Source of the DNA: Octopus vulgaris
Taxonomy: Eukaryota
Assembly (NCBI GenBank): GCA_951406725.2
Contig: OX597815.1
Location: 74,028,001-74,092,000, forward strand
Reading direction: 5' to 3'
Length of the DNA: 64,000 bases
Positions 1 to 13,038 of this stretch are shown in pieces. The position numbers and the translations under genes are program-made. The notes under the pieces are model-generated. The model saw only the letters and a list, made by a program, of their open reading frames with translations. It was not told the DNA's origin and made no database searches. The stretch's first letter is position 1. Each line of letters opens with the position of its first letter.

Positions 1-371
1 AATGAATAATCAAACAGTTGATTAGTTAATTAGTAAAATGATTAACCAATTGACTAATAATGGTTTCAAATTTTGGCACAAGGCCAGCAATTACGGGGGA
101 AGGGCCAAGTCAATTATATAGACCCCAGTGTTCAACTTGTACTTATTTAAACAACCCCTAAAGGATAAAAGGCAAAGTCGACCCTGCCAATTGACTAATA
201 ATAATAAATGTGTTTATTATTGGCATGATGACCAAGAAAGAAATCTGATGCTTTAATATTTGTCTCTTAGTTTTAAATTTGTAATTTTTTTACTCAACTT
301 TTGTCAAAATATAAACTTACAGCTCAGCTACAATACCAGTGATTCATGGTGCGTTTTTATTTATGTTCATA

Positions 372-660
372 GTAGCTTAGTGGTTAGGGTATTCAGCTCA
401 TGATTGTAAGTTCAATTCCTGACAGCGCACAGTGTCCTTGAGCAAGATACTATATTTCACAGGGTTGCAGCCCACTCAGCTGGCAAAAATGACTAATGCA
501 TGTTTTTCAAAGGGCCAGCCTAATCACATCCAGTGTCATGCTGAATCTCCCTTTAGAACTATGTTAAGGGTACATATGTCTGTGGAATGCTCAACCACTT
601 GTATACTAATTTCACAATTGGGCTGTTCTGTTGACTGGATTGACTGGAACCCTTGTTGTC
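372..660 (+). mobile_element. tRNA-head SINE with Nin/Deu-like core
   Basis: tagcttagtggttagggt..gttcaattcct..gtgtccttgagcaagatact..cccactcagctg; similar copies ~33920-34130, 38200-38350, 55240-55380. Confidence 0.65.
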
Positions 661-1609
661 ATATACATTGGGATTTTAGCCATTTCAATAAATGATTTTA
701 AGCACACACACACCTCACATGCCTTTTCTGGAATCGAACTTGTGACCTTACAATCAGCTGAGTACCCTAACCATTAAGCTACTATGAACATAAATAAAAA
801 CACACCACAAATCACTGGTATCGTATCTGAGCTGTAAGTTTATATTTTGACAAAAGTACATTGTCAATAATTCTTATTCTCATACAGAAAAGGCATGTGA
901 GGTGTGTGCGTGTGTGTGCTAAAATGTGTAAAATGAGATTCCTTCTTGTTCCAATTGTGTATTTAAAAAATATGATCACTGTAGAACAGAAAGCAAAAAC
1001 AAAAGAAGTTTTTCCTTCTAAAGCTAAGGGACAGTATTAAAACATCAGATTTCTTTCTCCAACACCTCACAAACTTAACTTCACTGTATTAAGATCTAGG
1101 TTCGTAACATTAGCTGGGCCCAGAATTTCTAGTAAATGATTCGTGGATTTATTTTAAATTGGTAAATTGTCTTGCTGGACATGCTATAAAGATTCAAAAA
1201 CATGTTTCGCACTGAATTTTGTCAAGATCGCCTGTAGTTCTATGATATAAATTTCCCTTTTCAAAGAGACCTAAATTAAATCCTTCCATCAAACTTTCAT
1301 GTTACATTATGCTTAAAACATGTGTTTAATAGTGCACCAGACTCCAGTCTGATTTGGCATGGTTTCTACAGCTGGATGCTCTTCCTAACACCAAGCACTT
1401 TACAGAGTGTGCTGGGTGCTTTTACATGGCACTGCACAGGCACGTTTACGTGGCACCACATGGACACTTTTATTGGCATCACACATGCACTTTTACGTGT
1501 CATCACATGGGCATTTTTACACAGTACTGCCATGAGTGCTTAAGACCACCATAAGGATCAGTTTTCACACTCCTGCTGCAGAGCATAAGTTTTTTTGAGT
1601 ACAGCAAGG

Positions 1610-1785
1610 AAACCTAGGACATTTACCCCATCCCCCCCATGGACAATAACCCCCAAAGACAATTACCCCTGAGGACAACAGATGATGATCTAAAACTTCT
1701 TAATATATTAGAGAGGAGTAATTAACCAAGGAGGGTAATTGTCCTAGGGAACTGTCCTATGGCGGGGAGTAATTGTCTTGATATG
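1610..1785. mobile_element. Small foldback-type MITE with internally repeated GGACAATTACCCC units
   Basis: Left tandem ggaca(a/t)t(t/a)acccc motifs mirrored by right gggtaattgtcc motifs; flanking direct repeat ACAGCAAGG at 1601-1609 and 1786-1794. Confidence 0.7.
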
Positions 1786-2444
1786 ACAGCAAGGTACCAG
1801 GCACCTCAGTTCTTTGTCATCTCACCTAAAAGGCTCGGTGTCTTGAGGTCGTTCTTCAGTACTTCGTATTATTTTAAAAATTAATTGAAACAAAAGCAAT
1901 GTTTCAAAAAAATCATGGTAACAAAAGGGTTAAAGTGATCTAAATTAAAACCATCTATCAAACTTTCATGTTAATTTATGCTCCAAACACCACTTACTCT
2001 GTGGAGTGGCTGATATTTGGAAGGACATTTGGCTATAGAAACCAAGCCAAAACAGACTGGAACCTGGTGCAGCTCTCCAGCTTTCCATCTCCAGTCAAAC
2101 CGTCCAACCCATGCCAGCATTGAAAATGGACCTTGAATGATGATGATGGTTTTACTAGATTATTTATTATTTACAAAATTAATTGAAATGAAGGCAGAGT
2201 ATTTCACTAAAAACATGGTAACAAAAGGTTAACTCCAGTAAATGTTTCATATCGCTTTGCTTCAACAAAGGTTCCTACGACATCTTTGCAGTGATATTCA
2301 TTCAGCTTCTCTCCAGAATAGTTTCAAATAGTTTCAACCAAGAAGCTTTCAAAGCAATTCACATTTCATAAAACCTTGTTAAAACAAAATGAGATTAAAG
2401 TAACACTTAATTGCAATTCAGCTGATATTACTAATTTACATACA

Positions 2445-2875
2445 GGTGCAGTCATGGCTGTATGTAAATGAAGTTTGCTTCCCGACTGTGGTCTCGAGTT
2501 CAGTTCCACTGTGTGGCACCTTGGACAAGTGTCTTCTACTATACCTCCTACTCAACCAAAGCCTTGTGAGTGGATTTGGTAGACAGAAACTGAAAGAAGC
2601 CTACTATATATATATGGGGTGTGCACATGCACATGTTATTGTCTCTTGCCTTGATTTTGCATGACAGTTGTCATTAAGCATCACTGTCAAGCAAGCAGTA
2701 TCCTTCGTTTCCAGTCTTCTTTGAAAGCATGTCTGGCATGGGGAAATATTACCTTACTTGGAAAAAGGTGAGGGTTGGCAACAGGAAGAGCATCAAGCTG
2801 TAGAAAATCTGCCTCAACAAATTCCATCTGAACTATGCAAACATGGAAAAGTAGACTACGATGATGATGATGATA
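2445..2875 (+). mobile_element. tRNA-head SINE with (GAT)n tail (most abundant family in the window)
   Basis: Head ..gttcagttccactg..cttggacaagtgtcttctactata..ggatttggtagacagaaactgaaagaagcc; tail ..catggaaaagt..(gat)n. Many copies, e.g. ~3596-4045(-), 4830-5270(-), 10240-10695(-), 13800-14195(-), 29170-29565(+), 34765-35120(+), 46750-47130(+), 53290-53780(-), 54035-54435(-). Confidence 0.85.
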
Positions 2876-2910
2876 ATAATAATAATAATACAAGCAATAA
2901 AACTACTAAC

Positions 2911-3155
2911 TTATTCAACTCATTCTTGATCACTTCTAATTCTAGTTTGTCACTCTTTATGCTCTCTTTCTCCTCGTTAGCCAAATATCGTAACTTTATT
3001 TGCTCCAGTTCATCTTGCTGTTTTTTAAGCTGGGCTTTGGCAGTGACTTGCTCACGATGCTTGAGGCGGGCAACTTCTTTTAATGCACGTCCCCACTGCT
3101 GCTTATAGTGGATTTTTGATTTCAGTGCATTATCAAGTTTTTTCTCCAACTCCAC
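2911..3155 (-). CDS. CEP120: CEP120 exon 21
   Basis: [32 protein letters not shown]...KNELN|gttagt. Confidence 0.96.
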
Positions 3156-6100
3156 CTGCAAAAGTAAACATATTTAAATAGTTTAAAAGATGAAATATAA
3201 TAACTAAGTGGTTAAAGTAATTACACTACCAGTCATATAATCTTGAGTTCAAAATCTTACTATTATTGTTGTTATAACAAAGTATACAGTTCTGCTTGCT
3301 TCAGTTTTCTAACCTGATAACAGGTCCAATGCTTACTTCACAACTAATAAAGAATAGAGAGAATATCCTAAAGTATAACATTTGCTTCAACAATATTGAA
3401 GGTTATTAAGAACTATCCCACCAATGAGTGACAGTAAGTTCTGAACAGACAAAGTCTGCAGTGCAAATATATTTCTCCAGTGAGCCAGTTCACTTCATTT
3501 ACTCTTCACACCTGCAATTTCCAACTGTTGCCAGAAGCCTAGAAATAGGCTCCACCCATTAAGAGTACAACAGCAGCAACAGCAGCAGCAGCAACATCGT
3601 CATCATCATTTAATACTCACTATGTTTGCATGGCTCAGACAGAATTCACTGAGGTAAATATTCTACAGCTGGATGCCCTTCTTGTTGCCAACCCTTACCT
3701 GTTTCCAGGTAAGGTAATATTTCCCCATAGCCAGATGTGCTTTCATGAAAGGTTGGAAATGAAGGACACCTCCAGCATGACAGTGATGCTTATTCACAAC
3801 TTTCATGTGATGTCAAGACATGGCAACACAAACACACACACACACATCTCCATGCACACTCATACACATGTACATTCATACATGCACACACAAAACAGTT
3901 TCCTCTTAGTTCCTGTCTACCAAATCCATTCACAAGGCTTTGGTCAACCAAGAATATAGTAGACGATTGTTGCTCAATGTGCCACTCCATGAAACTGAAT
4001 CCAAAACCATATGGTTGAGGAGCAAATTTCTTAACCACAGAGCCATAATTGCTTCAGTATATTGCACAAAGATAACACAGTTAACAGTGAAGAATTGTAC
4101 AATTAGGACTCATAAAATATTCTAATCTAATTCATTTCACACATGCTAATTAAAAAAACTAAATGTAGGGTACAAATAAAATAAAAATTACATTCCGCAA
4201 CAATGTAATACTGTTCATAAGCAATCACTACAAACTGCATTTTAATTGTGGCAATACTTACTTTTTCAACTGTTAAAATATTAATCTCGGATTGCAGACG
4301 GACCTCAGGTTTACTATTTTCTTGTTCTTTGAAAATGCTGAACTCTTTACTCAGTGCTGTATACCGCTTCTCAGCATCCAATAACTTTAAAAGTGAGAAA
4401 AAAATAAAACAGAGTGAGTCAACAACCTTTGGCTTACCTATTCATCACAAGAAAGTTTGAGTTAACCAAGTTGATGTGATATCAGCCTAAAAACTGAAAA
4501 ACTGATAATTCATAGTTAACTAATTACTAATAATCATCATCAGCCTTTAACATCTGTTGCATGGATAGGATGGTTTGACCAGAGCTGGCAAGCTGGAGAG
4601 CTGTACCATGTTCCAGTCTGGTCTGGCTTGGTTTCTACAGCTGGATGTCCTTCCTAATGCCAACTACTTTACAGCATGTAAAATGTGCTGTGTAAATGAA
4701 AAAAAAAAATAGCTAACACAAGGAGATACAACTAAACCTTTAAGCAATTACCTGTAACTCCTGATTTTTCAGTGCTAAACTCAAGTATGACTATGTACAA
4801 AACAATCAGCAAATATATTCTAACTACACTCATCATCATTATCATTTTGAAGTCCACTTTTCCATGCTTATATGGGTTGGACAGAGTTTATTGTTGTTGT
4901 TACTGTTGTAGTCTTAGTGGGTGGAGCCACACAGTTTATTGTGCAGCCAGATGCCTTTGCTGTTGCCAGCCCTCACATGTTTGCAAACAAAGTAATATTT
5001 CTCTCTGGCCAGAAATGTTCTCACAAGATAATGGAAATAAATGACACTGCATGTATGCATACATGCATACACACACACATACATACATACATACATACAT
5101 ACATACAATAGGCTTCTTTCAGTTTCCATCAATTAAATCCACTCACAAGGCTTTGTTTGGCCAGGGAAAATAGAAGACAATACTTGCCCAAGGTGCCACA
5201 GAGTGGGGACCAAACCCCAAAACCATGTGGTTAGGAAGCAAACTTCATAACCACACAGGCACACCTGCACTTCTGAGTTCAAATTCTGCTGAAGTTAACT
5301 TTACCTTTAATCCTTTTAGGGATCAATAAAAAACACAACCAATCCTTGGCAGTGGATTGGTCAAACTGTAAAAACATCAGAGCGGCTACCTTGTGGTATT
5401 TGTTCCAACACTTTGCATTTTGAATTCAAATCCCATTAAGGCCTACTCAAGTGCTAGATATAATTTGTCAACTGGTTTATCATCACAATTTGGCATTAAG
5501 GATGACTTGAGCAGAGACCAATCTGTTGCAAGCATCTACAAAAATCCACTCAGAAGGCTTTTGTTGGCCCAAAACTATGGTGATGATGGTGACAGTACTA
5601 GTATTTGTGATGGATATGATAATGTCAATGAAAACAGAAAACAATATCCTGAACAAAAAATGAAATACAAATATTCAAAAATATATCTTTACCTCCTGTT
5701 TGTATTTAGAGACCAATCCTTCATATTCTGATGTTTTCACTCTGAATAAAATGAAAGAATGAGAAATATTGGGTCATTCCATAAATAATGCATCTTTTTA
5801 TACTTTTATTTTTCAAAATTAAGATAAACAAAGTTCTTCTTTAATCTAAAATATACTCTGCAGTTTCTACAATGCTCTTCCATTTATCTGGTAGACTTGC
5901 AAGGCCCCTCTTCCAAAATTCACTTGTCTGTAACAAAAAATACTCCTCCAGTACTGTTCTGACCTCATCTACAGAATTCATATTTCTACTGTCCAAATGA
6001 TCTTGAAGACCTCAGAATAATTGATAATCAGATGGGGCAATGTCTGGCGAATATGGTGAGTGGGCATCGTTTCCCATTCAAATTGCTCCAGCCTTCAGAA

Positions 6101-9100
6101 TGTCATCCTCACTGTATGTGGCCAAGCATTATCCTGATGGAAGAAACCTTTCGTCTTGAAACCAAAGATGGTTGTTTTTCTTCTAGTACTGACTTAAGCC
6201 ACTCAAGCTGCTTGCAGTAGATCTCCTTTGTTGTCGTTTGGTTTGGGTTTAAAAGTTCAAAGTGGACTAAACCTTTCATATCCCTCCACACAGATAACAC
6301 CTTATGTGGGTGAAGACTTTCTTTAGCCTGGGGTGCCAATGTTTCTCCTTTCCCTACCCACTATCTTCTATGCTTGACATTTTTATAGAGAACCCATTTC
6401 TTGTAAGCAGTTACTATTCAGCCCCAAAAAGGTTCATTCGTGGGACATGACAACAAAGAAGCTCACACATTCACTCTCTGCATGCGATTAGAAAAGTTTG
6501 TAAGGAGCCCATTGACCCAATTTGCTGACTTTCCCAATGGCACACAGGTGTCAATGAATGGTTGAATGACCAAATCCAAGTTTCTCTGCTAGTTCTTCAA
6601 CAGTTACGATGGGATTTTGTTCCACCAAGGTTTGCAGGATGTTCTCATCAAGCTCTACAAATCTCCCAGGACGAGGCTCATCTTCTAGGTTGTAGTTGCC
6701 AGCTCAGAATTTCTAGAACCACTGTTGACACTGGCTTATGCTTATTGTCCAACCCCCATATACTGCATTAATATTCCATTGCATTGTTGCCTTTATTGAA
6801 CTCATAAAGCAAAATATGCCGAATATTCCCTTTGTCACTTCCATAATAGCTTTGAAAAAATAACTGTTAAAATTGAACTGCACTCTTCAAAACTTGCACT
6901 AAGAAAAAGTACAAGGTAAAATTACTACCTGCTTTTATCGCAAGCTGATGCAAGAAGTTTATCCTGAACCCCTCTGACTTTTAGTTAATGTAATTTGAAA
7001 AAACCACATTATTTATGGAATGATCCAATATATGTAACAAATTATTTGCCAGGGTATGAAGAGCATATAAGGGATATACAGCCAGTATTTCCTCCTATGC
7101 CTAAAATTATGGTATTATGCTTATATAATATTTACTCCTGTGTTTCTTCAGATGGGTTTATCTTTTTCTACACAAGTCTATGTCTGAAAAACAGAGGTTT
7201 TGTATAAATTGTTGAATTGCAGCTGCCTCCAGCAGTCAAGTATCCATCACTGACAAGACCAAGCAAGGTCGAAATCACATGATCTGGGGTTCTTGGCATT
7301 GGAAATGACAGATTTATCTCTCCACTAGCAATACAAACAAAAGGGTATTTCACATCAAAAAGCCTATATGAGAGTTTCTCTTATGGTAATTACTGCAGTA
7401 AAGTTTGTTCAAATAGAACATCCACGTTTAAGTGGGGGATAAATTGTTAAAGCTGAAAGTGAATTATTTTTTTAAATGTTAAAAGCAGTAAACAACCTTT
7501 CTAACTGGATGCGATGTTCACAGTCATCTTGGAGTCTTTGAGAAGCTTCTTTCATTTCAGCCAACTTACGTTCATGTTCTCGATTCTGATCATTTCGCAG
7601 CTGGACTACCTGAAGCATAAAATAGTAACATTTGAATTATTCACAACATATGTTTGGTGTGATTATACATGATGCCTGTGTACAGACATCTACACTACAT
7701 GGCAATGAAACAGGAGCTGTGACTGCACATGATATGCAAAGGCTTGAAAGAAATGAAGCCACTATGCTCCACTGGATGTATAATGTCAGTGTGCATGTAC
7801 AACAAAATGCACCCAATGGGTTCCTTTCTGTTTTTATCTATCAAATACACTTACAAGACTACAGTCAGTCCGAGGCTCTAGTAGGAAATACTCGCCCAAG
7901 GTGCCATGCAGTGGGTCTGAACCTGAAATCATGTTATTGGGAAGCAAACTTCTTAGCCACACAGCCAATCCTGTAGTAATTGAATACTTTCCAAAACTAC
8001 CTCCTGGATATCACCAGTATCTTTTTGTTTTTTGGCCCTATGTGTATTTGTAGATTACAAACAAAAACATATACAAAAGGGAACAGATAAAGAGTGAAAT
8101 ATTGATGAATTTAACTGCTCACCTCTTTTTCCTTGGCAGTTAATTCTTGTTCTTTCTTAGCTAAATCTTTTAAGGCTTTCTGCAAAGTTTCTTCCAATTG
8201 GTTGTATTCTGAAAGCTACATAAAAACATTTTTTTCATATCAAAGAATATATTTATATTTTGCCAACACTAGTATCAGAAAAGAAATACACAGACTTAAA
8301 TACCGTTAGGTTTCAGCTTGCTAACCCTAATATCATAAAAGAAAGAGGAGTCAACTAATTTTTACTCTATGAAAACACAAGCCTTATTTTACTTTGTGCT
8401 TCTCCATAAGTTATCTTGCAACTCAAATTCTGCAACTTTTGCATTCTATTTGATACAATAAAATACAATGAGAATAAATAAACATTATATTTGGCAGAGT
8501 AATCTAAATGCTAGTGTTATGTGTTAAGTGTGAGAGTGAGCTGAAATGTTCATGGGCTGACTATGAAGGAGCAATGCTAGAGCTGTGAAATCTTGCATGC
8601 ATTAATTTCAATGCTTCTTATTAATAACTATATTGTTTCTTTCCAGGTAAACTAACATCTCACAGTTCAGAGAAGACTTCAAAAGTAACTAGTAGCAACT
8701 TCTGTTTGAAAATAAACTAAATTTGATATTGTGGTGTTAACAAGTACCTGCAGAAAAAGGGTTTAGCCTCCGTGGACATTCATGCTGACATGGTTGCTAC
8801 ATTAGGGGATGACACTCCAGCTTTATCAACAGTGCAAAAGTGGGCAGCAGAATTTAGGAGGGGACCAGAAAGTCATGAGAGATGACCAAGGTCTGGACGT
8901 CCTGCAACTGCCACCACCAAGGAAAACATTTATTATGTTTACCACATGGTGACTGATGACAGGCAATTGACTATAAATAGCCAATGTTATTAGCATATCT
9001 CATGAGTTGAGAATATTCTACACAATGAACTTGGCATGATAAAGGTTTCTGCTCAGTGGGTACCATGTCTTCTGACACCTAATCAAAAGTGCACCAGGTT

Positions 9101-10154
9101 GATCACATCACAATAAAATCTGACATTGTTTGAGGCAGACCCAATTGCTTTCCTTGAACATCTCCTGACCCAGGATGAGTGTTGGGTTCATCACTTTGGG
9201 CCAGAAACAAAGATATCACTTCAAAAGGGACACACCATCAATGGAGAGTACTATGCCAACTTGCTATAGCAATTACAGAAGGCTATCAAGACTGAATGCC
9301 CAGCAAAACTGACAAAAAAATTCTTGTTTCATCAAGACAATGCTCCAGTTAACAAATCCTTGTTTTCAATGGCTGTTGTGCAGGACTGTGGCTTTAACTG
9401 GTTGATCAATCTCCCTGTTCTCTTGATTTAGCCCCATCTGACTATCATCTATTCCCCAACATGAAAAAACACTTGGCTGGGAAGCAGTATTGCAGTGATG
9501 ATGATGTCATATCTGCTGTTTAGGACATTTTTTGACTAACAAGACGAAAGCACATTATGTACATTATTTACATTTGACAGATATTTGTCCTCATCTTGTT
9601 TGTCGTTAACACAACATTTTGGCTGATGTACCCTCCAGCCTTCATCATTGATGAAGGCTGGAGGGTATATATGCTGAAACGTTGTGTTAACAACAAACAA
9701 GATGAGGACAAATATCTGTCAAATGTAAATAATATACATAATTCCTCAACTCTTAAATATAGAACTGTAAGATGAAAGCATCTTCACCAATAGGATCCAA
9801 ACGCTGCATCACCATGAAAGTATCTTGGTCAGCTTGTGAATATTTCAGAAAACTCTCGTAATTAAGTTATCAAAATAAAGTTTAATGAAGAATGCTAAGT
9901 TATAATAATGTCAATTACAAATGAAAATATTTTACATGTGATTTATTAGTAGCAAAAATAGAATGCGGACAAACCTTCTTCTTTAGAACTACTTCTCGCT
10001 CCCTGTCTCTTTTCTTCCATTCATCAGCCAAAACTCTCATGTAAGAAATTTCTTTCTGTTTCAACTAAAAACAAAGAAGAAAGAATTAATACTATTGAGC
10101 CATAGATATTTTATACACATTTATATATTCATAATATATATCTCAACTTCAGAT

Positions 10155-10194
<40 letters not shown>

Positions 10195-12950
10195 AACATA
10201 TTACACACACACATATATGTAAAAGAGAGAAAGAGATCATCACCATCCTCATTATTATTTTAACATCCACATTACCATGCTTGCATGGATCAAATAGAAT
10301 TTGTTGAGTCACATTTCTGCAGCTGCATGACTGCCATTCTGTTGTCAACCCTCACCTGTTTCCAAGCAAGATAATATTTCTCCATGGCTGGGCATGTTTC
10401 CACAGAAGATTGGAAATGAATGACACAGCTTGTATGACAGTGACACTAATTTACAACTATCACATGATGTTAAAACAAAAAGACTGCTTTCTTAATCTAC
10501 ACAAATACATACATGTATGTATGTACACACATATACATACCTACATACACACAATGGGCTTCTTTCAGTTTCTATCGACCAAATCCACTCACAAGGATTA
10601 TATCGACCTAGTGCTATAGAAGACACTTGGCCAAGGTGCCATGCAGTGGGACTGAACCTGAAACCACCTTCTTAATGACAGTCATGCCTGTGCCTGTGTG
10701 CCCATCCTTCATTTCATTATTTCCTAATGATTAAAGTTATTGATTTGCACTGTACTCTTAATCAGGAATACAGAAAGTTTCGTTTCAATAGAGGCTTACT
10801 TCATTTTCAAACTTCTGCTTCTGAGCTTCTTTCCAAATTTCCAGTTCCATAGCAACTTGATACTCCTTAGTTTCTCTTAGATCTTTCTCAGGATTTTTGA
10901 GTTTGTTAGCATTGGTATTAGAATTCTCTTGAGGTACACTGTGGACCTGGAAGCAAACAAAAGAAATAATAATAACAAATACAATCTTTAGTTTAAAATT
11001 TCATGTTCTTTCCTTTTAATTATATTCAAATGCCTTATTGCTGTTTATAAACATAACCATATGTGAAGGCAATGCACCTTTACACGTGTGTGTATATGTG
11101 TGTGTGTTAATGAATAAGGACATGGTTGCAGGTGTGTATGGGTGTACATGCACATGTATCGTATGCCTATATTCTGCACTACCTCATAAAATTGTGATGT
11201 TTATTGACAGTGATATATATTGACATCTCATTGTCAGTAAATCATCCAGTCACTTAGTGCTTTCAAGGAGGTGTGGAATGAAAATTGCTTAAGTTAAAAA
11301 TTAGTTAAGAGTTAGCAGCAGGAAGGGCATCCAGCTGACAATAAAAAACATCACCTCAATAATATACAATGTTCTAACTCATGATGACATGAAAAAAATG
11401 CACATAAAAAAGAAACAAACAATTCATCTTTGAACATATTCAAATTACAGTAACTTAAAATGAAGTCCTAGGTGATAAGTTTACCAGTTTAAAGGACAAT
11501 CTTAGGAGAAATTTGTGATCAGTTTACTGAAATATGGTAAGAGTGAAGGGAAAAGTGAAAGTGCTGAGTCATCTTACCTGAGATGATGTGTCATTTAATA
11601 TGATGCGTTGGTCGTGGATGGCTCCCCAGTCTTCTAGAGTTAAAACCACAGTAAGGGTAGCTATTTTCTGTTTTCCCCTGTAGATGTAAGTAGTAAAACA
11701 AAAATGCTTAATAAATTCTAAAGGAATTCTTCATAAAAAATAAAACACAGATTATATATATATTTTAAAACTTACAGCAACATTATCATTTATTATAAGT
11801 TTTCTACATTGGCCTGCGTAGGACGATTTGACAGGAACTAGCAAGTCAGAACGCCGTACCAAATTCTGCTGGCTGTCTTGGCCGGATATCCTTGCTAACA
11901 TGAACCACTTTACAGTGCACTGGGTGCTTTTTATGTAATACCAGCAGCAGTGAGGTCACCAAGTAACTTACAAGACAAGACCTCTCAACAGACCATTTAA
12001 TTGATGTAAGCATGGTTTAATAGGTGCAGATGTGGCTGTTTAGTTTAGAAGTTTGTTTCCCCAAGCACATAATTTCAGGTTCAGTACCACTTTGGATGCT
12101 ATAGTAGAAGATACTAATCCTTGGATTAGTATCTTCTACTATAGCGCCAGGACAACCAAAGCCTTGAGATTGGATGTGGTATACTGAACCTGGAAGAAGC
12201 CTATCATATATCATCATTTTAACATCCACTTTTCCATGCTTGCATGGGTTGGACACACACACATATATATGTAGGTATATGTATGCGTGTATGTATGTAT
12301 GTAGGTATATGTGTGCACATATGTATGTATGTAGGTATATGTGTGTACGTATTAATGTGTCCTTGTCTTGACATTGCATGAGGGCTGCAAACAAACATCA
12401 CTGCTAAACAGTGTCCATTTCCAATCTTCCATGGGAAAATATCTTGCTCGAAAACAGGTGAGGGATGGCAACAGAAAAGACATCCATCTGTAGAAAACTT
12501 TCCTCAACAAATTTCATCTGACCCATGCAAGCATGGAAAAATGGAAGTTAGAATGATGTCGATAATGATGATGACTTGATATATCAATGTCTTTACTGTA
12601 ATTTATACATTGATGTTTTTACTGTAACTGATGTCTCAAGTCTTTGCTATAATTAATAGAGGAATGGCTAAAGAATGAAAGACACTTTGGCAATAAACTA
12701 TAAACTTACTCATCAGCTGAAGACACTACAAGGGTATCTTTGTGCACTTGTCTCCATCCATTGCCATTTGATGAATCCTGAGGATAAGAAATTAAAATCA
12801 CATGGTTATACTGACATTTGAGAGAAGGTGTGAGTATATACCGAGATAAATGTATAGATAAAAAATATTTGGCTAAACCTTAGAAATCATGTGTGTATAT
12901 ATGTGTGTGTGTGTGTATACACACACACATATATATACACATATACAGTT

Positions 12951-12982
<32 letters not shown>

Positions 12983-13006
12983 ATAATAATAATAATAATA
13001 ATAATA

Positions 13007-13038
<32 letters not shown>

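Noticed and set aside
1-2900. Search for the final CEP120 exon(s) (LIEERDTL..TGVY-type motif)
   Set aside because: No convincing match found by eye; presumed to lie left of the window.
7168-7353. 61-aa minus-strand ORF in unique intronic sequence
   Set aside because: No recognisable homology or supporting splice pattern, and the CEP120 frame is complete without it.
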